Shown piece after piece: positions 38,624 through 50,000 of a stretch of DNA of 64,000 nucleotides. The stretch covers positions 7,998,001 through 8,062,000 of the forward strand of contig JBHGNT010000015.1 in assembly GCA_043228905.1 (NCBI GenBank), written 5' to 3'. This DNA comes from Azolla caroliniana. Its lineage: Eukaryota; Plantae; Polypodiophyta. The notes beneath the pieces were generated by a model that had not been told where the DNA came from, did no database searches, and saw only the letters and a list, made by a program, of their open reading frames with translations. Each line of letters opens with the position of its first letter. The first letter of the stretch is position 1. Position numbers and translations under genes: made by a program.

Positions 38624-41600
38624 ATGTCTAGAACAAACGACGACCACATCACCGAACGAGGGAGACGATACACCGAACGAGAGCAACGACGGGAAGCCCT
38701 GCAGCAAGCCGTCGACGAGATCCGGCGAGATCGGTCATTCTCCAGAACTCTTCGGAGAGTCGCGGAAGAAGCACTGCAGTTCCGGGTCCTGCAAGTCCCC
38801 GATGAAGGCAGTAGCATAACAAGCTTGCAAGAGGCGGAAACGATACTACAGACGCTCGCCGGGGGCGACGGGGACTCGGAAGCATTCGCAACACTTGAGG
38901 CGGAGGCGGAAAGCGACGGAAGCGTTGCGTCCCGGTATAAAAGCAGCCACGACACACCAAACGACCCGGGGGAAGAGGGGTCGGAAGACTCAGTAACACT
39001 GGAGCCAGAGGAAGAAATAACCTTGGAGTTCGGTGACCGGCAATCGCCGAGGGAGGCTGACCAGATACCGACAACACCCGCGAAGGAACCGAAGGAGCAG
39101 ATACCGACAACACCCGCGGAGAAACCAAAGGACCGGACACCGGCAACACCCGCGGAGGAACTGAAGGAGCGGATACTGGCACCAACCGCGGAGGAACCAA
39201 AGGTTCTCACACCAACGCCAACAGCGGACAGAGAGCGGAGAAAGCAGGAGAGTCAGTTGGACGACACGATGACGTACCCATACCCAAAGTACCGGGATGA
39301 GCCCGACGCGGAGGCACACGTGTACGCATTCCTCCAAACATGGGAAGCCAACCATGTCTCCCAAAGACTGACGAAGCCCGAAGCCGAACGATCCAAAGTC
39401 GCCGAATTCGGCATGACCTTAGAAGGACCTGCTGCCCGATGGCACGCAAAGCACTTACTGGGTAGCTTTGCCACATTCAATGCCTTGAAGGCCAAATTCC
39501 TCAGGCTTTTTCACAGACAAGTTGAGCAAAGGGAATTGGTCGGGCAGTTCTACACCACCCGGCAGGAAGAGAACGAGATTGTGCCACAATTCATCATTCG
39601 GTTTCAGACCCTGCACAGCCAACTGACGAGAGCACCACCCGAAGACGAAGCCAAAGCAGTCTTTTTGGCCGCGCTGAAAGAGCCACTTCGAACAATGTGC
39701 GGAGTCCTTGATTTCCGCACCAGCACAATGGACCAGGTTATTGATTGGGTCTTAAAAATGGACAAGACTAGCTCCTTCTTGTCGATGGGGATGTTACACC
39801 GGGCACTCCCGAAGGAGGAAGACCTGAGGTTCCGACAGGCTTTACAATGCACAACATGCCTAAATTCGGGCCACTCAACGGTAGACTGCACCCTGCGGAC
39901 ACAATGTATGATCTGCAACTCTCGAGCCCATACAACGGACCAATGCGAATATAACCTGTTAAATCGGCAGGCAGCACCGGTTCGACACATAGAACCGCGC
40001 AATCAGAACCCGGATGAGGATCGATTCCGGAGAGACGACCGCTACCAACGCGAACGCGGTAACAAATACGCTGATAGAAGACGTGATAACTATGACCGAG
40101 AGGAGAAACGCAGAGATAGCTACCCCCGGGACCGGTACGACCGAGACGAATCCCCGGAATACGAACGACGCAGAGAAGAGAGGCGACAAGGGAACCGAAA
40201 TTTCCGACGGAATCAGAAGCATGGATTTTTCCGAAGAGAGGAACATCGGGAGGCAGCAAGGAATGACAACCCGGTATCGGTACCGGATAACCGAAAAACC
40301 GAAGACGACCGCCGAAGTATACCCACCCTCCAAACCGGGGACAAAGGAGAAACGAGCAACAATCACAAGGTATACTGTTATTACTGCCGTAAGGAGGGCC
40401 ATTATAGTAACCAATGCCCAAGCAAAACCAATGACAAGCAGCCGGCAGTCAACATGGTTACAGCCGAAATAACAGAAGTACAGCAGGTCACAACCCGGTC
40501 AAAGGGAAAGACCGCCGAGTGGGAAGCCCAGGAGGCAATCAGAAAACAAGCGGCGCAATGGATCAAGGAGGCCAATGAATAGAATGCGGCAGAAGTAAGA
40601 GACCAAAATATGCCAAAAGACGAAGAAATCACACAGCCAGGAGAAAACCCGACGTGGCAAGCGCTACAGGACTGTCAAATCGTGCTGCCGTTAGCACGGC
40701 TACTACAGTTGGTGCCACGGTTTACGATAGACTTACAGGCATCCGTGAGCAAACCGAAGCCGACGCCAGCACCGGCATTCTTCTCCAACCCGGAGGAAGG
40801 ACCAGCTGTGGTCGATACAAGTAGCCCGGCGATCACGGCAATCGTGAAAGGAAAGGAAATTGTTGGAACGATTATTGACGGAGGCTCCGGGGTAAATGTC
40901 ATCAGCCGACAGACATGCGACAACCTGGGCATCCGGGAATGGGAACCATGCCCCTTTTGGTTACGCATGGCGGACACCAGCTCAGTCCGACCGACCGGGC
41001 TTATCCGGGATTTGGAAGTAACAATCGGAGGCCACGTATTCCGGATATCGGCCGTGGTGCTGCAGCTGAATGTACAAGGCGTGTACCCCCTACTGTTAGG
41101 ACGACCATGGCTGCGAACGGCGCATATCAAGCAGAACTGGCAAAAGAACATGATCACATTCCGGCGAGGGAAAACAAAGGTACGAGTAACAACGCAACCA
41201 CGGGTGATCACCAGTAAGGAAGCAACTCCATTGTATGCGGAAAGCATCAACATGTTGGAGGGATTACCAGACGAGGAAGTCGATCGGTACCTCGAGGAAC
41301 ACCCACGAATCGTCCCACTATTTGAGGTGGATATCACGGCGGTAGTAGAACCGTACATCACGACGCCGGACGAACCGGACCAAGCGGCGATCCGGGAACT
41401 GCGACAAGCGCAGGAATCCCAAGAGAGGGAAATGACGATATCCCAGAGGGTAAAAGCATCCCAACTAGAGGAGGTGGACCTCGGCACAACAAACAAGCCC
41501 CAACCGGTAAATGTCGCAAAGGAATTGCCGAAGGAAGAAAAGAAGGCAATGGTAGCATTATTAACAGACTTCAAGGATGTGTTCGCGTGGTCGTACGAAG

Positions 41601-44507
41601 ACATGTGAGGGCTGGACCCCCAGCTCTATCAGCACCAAATTCACCTAAGTACGGACGCGAAACCGATCGCTCAACGCAGGTACCGGATTAATCCGAATTA
41701 TGCGGCGAAGGTGGAGGAGATTGATAAGCTCCTCCGGGTCGGATTTATCCAACCGGTCAAGCAGGCAACCTGGCTGAGGCCGATAGTGGTGGTCCCGAAA
41801 AAGAACGGCAAAATCCGGGTATGCGTGGACTACCGCAAACTAAATGCCGCAACAGTGACCGATGCGTTTCCACTACCATTTACGAACGGGGTGTTAGATG
41901 CGGTAGCCGGCCACGAAGTTTACAACTTCCTGGATGGATTTAGCGGCTACAACCAAATACGAATGAACCCGGCCGACCAGGAGAAGACAACGTTCGTTAC
42001 GGAATGGGGAGTGTTCGTCGTGGTCGTGATGATGTTCGGACTAAAGACGGCCCCAACGACCTTTCAAAGGATAATAATGGAAATTTTCGGGGAATATATC
42101 CCCGGTTTTATGCAGGCCTTCCTTGACGATTTCGCGGTCTACAGCCGGCACGGAGAGCATCTCGATCACCTCCGGCTGTGCTTGGAGAAGTGCCGCGAGT
42201 ACCGGTTGAGTCTGAACCTGGCCAAGTGCGTCTTTGGAGTGGCAAGCGGCAACTTACTAGGGCACGTGGTGAGTAAGGAAGGAATCGCGGTACATCCGGA
42301 TAAAGTAAAGGCGATTCTCGAGGCACCAACACCAAATAACGCAAAGGCTTTAAGCCGGTTCCTGGGCCAAATAAGTGGCATAGCCGGATGATACGGCACC
42401 TCGCAGACTTCGCTACACCATTGCATACCGTCGTACACAGGGTACCCTTCCTATGGGCGGAGACGGAGGAGGAAGCCTACCAAGCGTTGAGGTTATGCTG
42501 TCGCAAGCTCCGGTGGTGCAACCGCCGGATTGGAGTAAAAGCTTTCACGTCTTCGTCGACGCGTCGGACGTAGCAATCGGCAGCGTTCTGATGCAACTCA
42601 CGGAGCCGAAATGGTACCGACCGGTGTACTACGCAAGCCGGAAACTCTCAAAAGCCGAACGGAACTACTCTACGACGGAACGCGAGGCATTAGGAATGGT
42701 GTATAGTGTCACAAAGTACAGGCACTATCTGCTCGGAAGGAAGTTTTCCTTCCATGTCGACCATTCGGCACTACTCTACCTGGTCTCGAAGGCATCCCTG
42801 ACGGGAAAAATTGCACGATGGACACTGCTGTTACAGGAATTTGAATTCGACATTTTCCACCGACCCGGGGCGCAGCATGCGGTAGCGGACTACCTAAGCA
42901 GACTCGAATCCGGAGAAGCAGGGGACGGCGTCCAGGATGAGTTCCCCGACGCCGAGTTGTTCTGGATCACGACGAAACCGGCAACGGATGCAACGGTAGC
43001 CGATGAAGACACGTGGCTAACTGAGATGCATCAGTTCCTGAGCACCGGAGTACCCCCAGAGAACATGGACCGCGATGAAAGGAAAAGGGTAGCAGTAAGA
43101 AGCAGACATTTTTGCTTGGTTGGAGACACCCTCTATCACAAGGGGGCAGATGGCATCTGGAGACGAGCAGTGCGGAGCGATGAGAAGGATCTATTCCTCA
43201 GGGAAGCCCACTATGGAATTGCCGGCGGGCATTATGCCGGCGACGCAACCGCTCGGAAAATATGGCAGAGCGGACTGTGGTGGCCCACCACTCTAAAAGA
43301 TGCCGTGAAGTATAGCAGAGAATGCGATTTGTGTCAACAACTGGGCCAACTCACGGAGCAGGCCCGGATGCCACACCACCCGGTCTTGCCATTGGAACCG
43401 TTTCAAAAGTGGGGTTTGGACTTTGTCGGTCCCTTCAAGCCACCGGCAATGCGAACCGGAAATCGGTATGTCATAGTGGCGACCGACTATTGCACCAAAT
43501 GGGTAGAAGCGAAGGCCTTACGGGACAACACGGCCGCGTCCACGACAAAGTTCCTATACGAGTGCATATGGTGCCGGTATGGATGCCCGATCGAGCTTAT
43601 AAGTGACCAAGGAGGACACTTTCTCGGGCAGGTAGTAGAAAGCCTGACGTCATTTTACGCGGTGGTACATAAAAGGAGTACTCCCTACTACCCTCAAGCC
43701 AATGGACTAGTGGAATCGACGAACAAAACTCTGCAGAACATCCTACGAAAAATCGTCAACGAGAACCGGACCGACTGGGATACGAAATTGCAGAGCGCGT
43801 TATGGGCGTACCGAACAACGTACAAAACCAGCATCCGGACAACCCCATTCCGACTAGCATTCAGTTTAGAAGCGGTCATGCCGGTAGAGTTCCAGATCCC
43901 CAGCTTACAGATCCAGGTAAAGGAGCGCTTAAGTGAGAAGGAGTCCGAACGAATCCGGTTGGCGACGTTGTTGGAATTAGAAGAAAACCGAATAGCCAGC
44001 TTACTACAACTCGAACTGGAGCAAAGGAGGAGAAAAGCTTTCGTGGACCGACACCGGCGTGGCAACGAAAAGGAGTTCGAAGTCGGGAAACCGGTGCTAC
44101 TGTTCCAGACACGGATGGGGAACATGTCGGGAAAGTTGCGGTTTCGGTGGACCGGACCGTTCTGGATCACCAAAGAGGACAATGGGTCGTATCAGCTCGA
44201 CACGTTGTCTGGAGAAGTCATCGGTAAGTGGGCAAATGGGTTTTGGCTAAAGCCGTATAAGGGAAATATGCCAGCCAACCCGTTCAAGCAAAACCCGGAA
44301 ATCCGGCACGATGAGGAACCGACACCGACAGACGCTGCTGCAGATATCCGGACCGAGGAAGAACCGACACCGACAGACGCTGCTGCAGATATCTGGACCG
44401 AGGAAGAACCGACACCGATACTGACAAAGACTATCCCGGAAAACCGACAGAAGGATCCGGTATCAGCGCGAACCAACCCGAACAAATCGGGGGGGACCAG
44501 AAAATGA
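38624..44507 (+). pseudogene. gag-pol of element C (stops at 40580 and 41606, frameshifts at ~42375 and ~42490)
   Basis: CCHC knuckles, IIDGGSGVNV protease, RVCVDYRKLN / LDGFSGYNQI / MMFGLKTAP / FLDDF RT, FVDASD..YSTTEREAL RNase H, WGLDFVGP / SDQG / QANGLVE integrase. Confidence 0.93.
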
Positions 44508-44909
44508 CGTGGTCCAAACAAACCGAAAAAAAAAAAAAAATCAGAGTAATGATGGGGAGATCACAAGAGGTGGGAGCGCCACCAGGCAACGAAGAGGCGC
44601 CATGCAGTAAAGGAGGATGTGCGAGTACTTGCTATTTAAAGCATGGAACGTGGGCACCGACATACGAGGTATTACTCACACGCGGCAAGCAAGAAAGGAC
44701 ATACTAATTATGACGGGAGATAGACATGCACGGGAAACGAAAAAGGGCGGCTCGAAGCAAAAGCCACTATATAAGACACAGGTCTGCGAAGGACTTACTT
44801 TTTACGAATTTTCCTACACACAGGCGCAGAAGCACAGAAGAGCGATCCGACGCACAGCGCACACACATCCTGATCCCGAACAACAGACAGCAGAAGAAAA
44901 TTCGAACCA

Positions 44910-47004
44910 ATGGCACTGTCGGAGGAAGCACGCCAATGGATGATGGAGAACGGGTTAGAAGGATTGTTGCGGATCGCCGACGCTCCACCACATGCAGAAC
45001 CAGAGCAGGGGGCAGCATCGATTGATTTATCAGAAATCACGGAAGGAGCGGTGCAGGCGCTCACGGGGATAAAAGCAGGAGGACTTCAAACGATCGAAAA
45101 CCCTTCAAGTGAAATCCTGTTCGAATATTTCGGTGAGTATTCCATCAGCAACAAGGCGTACCGAACACAGGGCGGAAAGAACCTGTTGTTCGGAGAAGTG
45201 GCCCGCGCCATGATGGAATACGAATTCGTGAATTCTCGTCCCCCGGCCATAGCTAGGTACCGGGCAGCGTTCTTAATTGCAACGTATGAAGGATTACAAG
45301 TGGACTGGCTCCATTTCATAACCGAAGGATTGAAGGAGGCCATCAAGAACCTTGTGGAAGGAAAAAAGCCATGGGCCGGGATAGCACAATGGCTAACGGT
45401 GCTAGTCCCACCGGTGCTCCCCATCAAACAAAAGAAAAGAGGTCGGCAGGAGACGACGCCGAAAAAGGTCACAAAGCGCCGACATATCCTGGAGAAACAC
45501 ACCCCCGGATGGACCCAGGAAGAAGCAGAACAGCGGGAGGAAGGACCATCCCGACATCAACAGGAACCGGCAACAAAGGCAAAACCGGCAGGAAAAGGCA
45601 AAGGAAAATCGACCGAGGAGGAACCGGTAGCGCTCAAACCAATCAATATAACGTTGCGACGGCCGGAACCGGAACCAGAGGTCTTTATACAAAAGGTCCG
45701 TCTGGTAGCCGCACCGGAGGAGGAAGCTGAAGCAGAAGACTCATCCGAACCACTGGTAAGACTCCCGACAAGACAAGGTCGGGAGAGACGGGCGAAAGGA
45801 CCGGCTCCACCAGTTGACAAAACTCAGCAGAGGGCGCAAGGACCACCTCCAGTAGCCGGGGCGGAAGCAATACCGGAACCCGTACCGAGGGAAGCAGCAC
45901 TGACACCGGTTTTGCCGGACTTCAGAGAACCGGTCATTCCAGAGAAGAGGAATGAACAAGCGTCGGAGCCAGAGAAAAGGCCAGAAAAACAGCCTGAGTT
46001 AAGGAGTAGAAGTGAGCAATTCTACCCCGACACAGGAAGCACAAAGCCACAATGGCTAAGATGGCTTTCGGAGCAGGTATCGGGAATAGCGGACCAGTTA
46101 GAGGAAGAAGAAACGTGTAGGCAACACCTGACGCATACAACAACCCAGGAGTTGGTTGCGCTCCGAACACAGATCCAGGAATTGCAAGGGGAGTTGTTGC
46201 AGGCAAGGGAAGCAGTGGAAAGCAGTGGAGGACGACAGACGGAAAATGGAAGAAGGCCTCCGGAAAGGCCGAGCCACTAATGACCGACTGCAAGAAGAAA
46301 AAGAGAAGCTGCAAAAGGAGAAGGACCGACTGCGTCGACAGGCCGAGCAGGAGATAGAACGACTGTAGGAGGAACTCCGACAACAGAAGGACCGGGACGA
46401 CCGGTTAAGAGCTCAGGTAAACCGACGCCTGAAGCAGAAGACGGAGGACTTCGACCGACTCTACCGAGATCACAAGCAGGCCGAGTCGGACAACAAGAAA
46501 CGGGCAGCAGACTACGACCGGCAAGTAGAGAAGCTGAAAGAACAGCTCAAAGAGACCCGATTATACCTGGCTAGGACAATGGACGAGGTCAGTGCCAAAA
46601 AGGAAGCATTGTCGGCGGAAATAACCCAAGCGACGAAGAGAAGGAAGGAATTAGAGGCGCTAAGGCGGGAAAAGCTGGATCTAACCAAGATCAGTGTCGG
46701 ATAGACACCTGTGTTGAGGCTAGTCCGGCCAGGCAGACAACACTATTTTGGCGACCACGATGGGATGCTTTTGGCCACGCAGAGAACAGAGCCTGGAACG
46801 GAGGGACAACAGGAAGAACCCGGACAGAGCGGTGAGGAAGTACCGGCACCACAGAATCAAGCACAGCCGGAGCAGCAAATTTTTACGGAACCGCCAACCC
46901 AACCGGAGGTCGGAGACCAGGCAGGCAAGGAACAGGAATTGGAGGAAGAAGCACCACTTGATACCTTCGAGCAGAGTGTGCTCGATATTTTGGAGGAAGA
47001 ATGA
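44910..47004 (+). pseudogene. 3' extra ORF of element C (globular N-terminal domain, Pro/Glu linker, long coiled coil), disrupted
   Basis: 456-aa ORF, then a frameshifted continuation rich in E/K/R/Q up to SVLDILEEE*; a homologous degenerate copy lies at 51110-53320. Confidence 0.75.
46693..46766 (+). other. Internal copy of U5 end + spacer + 18-nt PBS/tRNA complement
   Basis: 46693-46761 is identical to 38522-38590, then continues GGGAT instead of TCCTG. Confidence 0.9.
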
Positions 47005-47036
47005 GGCCGGGAGTGGATTCGAAGTGCAAGGCACTT

Positions 47037-47052
47037 TCCCACGGGCGTGCCA
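47037..47052 (-). promoter_or_regulatory. Inverted PBS-like site (tRNA-Arg) at the position normally occupied by the PPT
   Basis: Minus strand: LTR terminus ...GGTCAACA-CA-TGGCACGCCCGTGGGA. Confidence 0.8.
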
Positions 47053-50000
47053 TGTGTTGACCGGTCAGAAGAGCAAGGACAAGTGGGAAGGCGGAGTCGG
47101 AGTCGGATCGGATAATAGGAAGTAAATAATAGTATAATTATTATTCAGAGGGACGGATCCGGTACAGTTGTACCGATCCGGATCCGGACCGATTCGGATG
47201 CCGGTTGCCTAAGCGCACCGATTGTAACCTTGCCGGATGCCTATAAAAGGATCCGATGATTTGTAAAGGCTGGACGGAAGTAATACAAAAGTAATTATTG
47301 CGTGTTTATCTGTATCTTTGTATTGTTTTACCGTCTGTGCTTAATTGTAATCATCTTACGAGTGTAACCTAGCATCCAATCCTTACCACCCCTTTGGAGA
47401 AGTGTCGGATAGACACCTGTGTTGAGGCTAGTCCGGCCAGGCAGACAACAGGACGAAGTGCTGCCAGACTAGAACCAAGCGCTTCTCCTCTCCCCTGTCG
47501 TCTCCATAATCGTTTTGTGCAGGTTTCGGGAGGCTGACTCTGCTCCGCGGGATGCCCGAGTGCTCCCAGCAGAGACTCCATCTCGCGTTCTGTGTGTGTG
47601 TGTGTGTGTGTGCAGGCGTCGGAGCCCATCACTCGACGGCTTGCCGGTTGTAACACCTTGATTTATATATACATAAACATTCGTTCTGCCTCCATCTCGC
47701 ATTCTGTAGCTAGTTGCAATTCCTGTGATTCTGTGGGTGTGTGCGCGGGTGAATTACGTCGTTAATCTCCTTCCCCTCCCCTCATTCGGTTATTTCTCGG
47801 TCCGAGGCCCCGGTGGTCCCGCCTTGTTCTCCACGCACACGCGTAACAACGCGACAACGTGGGTAGAACCTACGGAAGACAAGCGCGGAGCGGAGAGAGA
47901 CAGCATGCCGAGATGCTCAAGAGGACCACAAGGGACCATGACAACCACTCATGGCAATGCAAAGAATGAACGAAGAATATGGTGGATCGGATGGCAACAA
48001 TGGTTCGGGTGGAAAGAATGGATGTGTTCAAAATGGAGAGACAAAGCCAACATAGCAAGAGAAATGGAGGGCGCAACAAGTAACGAAGAATTACGAGGGC
48101 TGGTAACCGGAGACCGGACAGAGCCAGCAACTGAACTAAACCGGAAACCGGGCGGAGCCAGCAACCACAAACCGGCGGCCAAACGGGGTCGGCAACCAAA
48201 CACGACTGGCGATGAAACCAACCGGGCGGAGAACGGACGGATGAGACTAACAATAACCGACAACTTCGGCACATACTCGAGGATTTGCGGGTTCGGAGGG
48301 GGCGAGTGTTGTAGTGTATTTCGTACACTACATGAAAAACTTATAAAGTAACGTTTCAGTAAATATGAAGAAATAGAAGAAAATGTCAAAATAAATAATA
48401 CATGCATAGGGCAAGATTCAAACCTTGCACCTCCATGTTAATAATGTGAAACCTTACCATTACACTAGCATTTCATTAGTGTTAAAAAAGTACATGTCCT
48501 ACATAGAAATGTAAGTTCACCTAGGATAAACTTTTAAAAGGAAAACGCATGCTAAAAGAAAAAGCTACGCATGTACATCTAGCGTGCATGAATGCTATAG
48601 TCGATAAAAAAAAACGCACAAGTTAGAAAAAGCATTAACACTTTAGATAAAACATATAATCTATCTATAGGAAAAGCATGGAGTCTATAGTTAGAGAAAA
48701 AAAAGCATGGATTACGAAGACTCCCTCGTCACTACATAAGGATGGGGAGCACAATGTAAAAGGTGTGTAAAAAAATATTTGGAAACTGGATATGTTTCTA
48801 AAGAACACCAATTAATAAATTATACTCGTGGGATTCACGAGGATTCTATATCATTCTCTTTCAACCCAAATTTATATTCTTATATTCATATTGATTAATC
48901 TAATACAATACACTCGTGGGATTCACGAGTTTGCTATAACTCTTTCTTACAACATATTTATATTCTTATTAGCCTTAAAAATCTCCTCTTCCTAGTCCAC
49001 CCGACTCACGCAAACGATCCGGCGCCAAAAGGCACGACAACGGCATCCGGCGATGGACGATGACCGGTATCTGGTGTCGTAAACAGAACCATCGATGGAA
49101 TCGGTAACCAGCATCCGGTGACGGCATTCTACGACGAAACCGGCATCCGGTGACCTCGAGATGCGGACCGAACCGGGCCAGACCGAACGGAGGCAAATCG
49201 AAAAGATCGGTCGGGTCGGTTGATCGCGGTGCATGGTGTCTTAAAGTTATTTGGTCCAAAATCCTAATAGTTTTTGTGCATAAAAGAAAAAGATGTAAGC
49301 AAGACTCAAACTTTGTACCTCCAAGATAAGAGGCAATAGACATACCATTAAGCTATGTCATTTCCTTAGAAATGTTTTTTCTATCATTATAGTTTTACAT
49401 GTAAATACTCCTATTAGAGCTTGATTGAGTGACATGTGATGCATGAGCGCCAAATGGCAAACATGCATCACATGCATTTCATGCATTGTATGCATGTCTT
49501 GTACCCTCACATGCATCATATGCATGGGAGCATCTATAAAAGGATGGATGAAAAAGATCAAAAGGATGCTATGTATTATTCAAGAATTTAAGAAGAAGAA
49601 AATCTGTTCTCCAATTGATGGTGTTTCTTGTTTCTTAAATCTAAAGTCAAGGGTCAAATCTTAATCTCTCTCTATCTCTCTCACGCCATATCAATCTCTC
49701 TCGACCCAAAGTCAAGCGTTTAAATCTCTCTCTCTTTTATTCTATCTTAAATCCTTTCTCGCTAAAGTTAGTGCAAACTTCAAATCCTTCCGGTCTAGAA
49801 CCCCAGTGTTCCGCCTCATGATCCGCGCCTAGTGACGGATCTTCACGACAACGTTGGGGCAGAAGTGATGAGAGTGGTTAGCTATGTAGACTTTGCCCTA
49901 AACAAGTTCGCGAGTTTGAGTATCACACTTTGATACAATGCTCTACCTTTGATCATATTCGACCATGCTTTGCACATCTCTTCGATCGAGCCCAATCCTT

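Larger units (their letters stand above)
38182..47450 (+). mobile_element. Gypsy element C (non-chromovirus, Athila-like) nested in the 3' LTR of B: LTRs 38182-38571 and 47055-47450, 5-bp TSD GGACG
   Basis: By eye the LTRs differ by 4 substitutions and one 6-bp indel; perfect GGACG at 38177-38181 and 47451-47455; domain order gag-PR-RT-RH-INT plus a 3' extra ORF. Confidence 0.97.
34163..47856 (+). mobile_element. Gypsy element B nested in A: 5' LTR 34163-34848, PBS tRNA-Trp 34853-34865, degenerate gag, deleted PR/RT, RH remnant, INT; 3' LTR 37899-38181 + 47456-47856 split by C
   Basis: LTR pair; PBS TGGTGAACCCGGC; HISGKDNAMADMLSR, H..PWAGH.G, CESCQ, ADRGE, ANGKVERGH integrase motifs; flanks GCGT/ACGT (4-bp TSD, one mismatch). 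Confidence 0.92.
31821..49039 (+). mobile_element. Gypsy element A: gag-only non-autonomous LTR element; LTRs 31821-32572 and 48307-49039, PBS tRNA-Trp 32577-32591, PPT 48295-48306, 4-bp TSD ACGG
   Basis: Paired TG...CA LTRs; TGGTGAACCCGACGT is complementary to the plant tRNA-Trp 3' end; GGAGGGGGCGAG precedes the 3' LTR; ACGG on both flanks. Confidence 0.92.
31330..49850. mobile_element. Split solo-LTR-like host sequence (31330-31820 + 49044-49850) into which element A inserted
   Basis: 12-bp terminal inverted repeats TGTCGTGAAGAT / ATCTTCACGACA, TATA-like CTATAAAAGG at ~49534, similar low-complexity CCGG..GATGA sequence on both sides of A; no matching TSD found. Confidence 0.6.

Noticed and set aside
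40580-40582. Programmed gag-pol stop-codon readthrough
   Set aside because: The TAG is in frame but equally explained by CAG>TAG methylation decay, like other stops in this element (41606, 46366); other copies are needed to decide.
40675-41604. Long antisense ORFs over gypsy gag/pol (e.g. 40675-41604, 38572-39210, 32928-33686)
   Set aside because: Shadow frames of biased sense coding sequence; no independent evidence.
46992-47006. Purine run GGAGGAAGAATGAGG as the PPT of element C
   Set aside because: It lies ~50 nt upstream of the LTR start defined by the 5' LTR and TSD, simply encodes EEE-stop, and has no equivalent in D or E.
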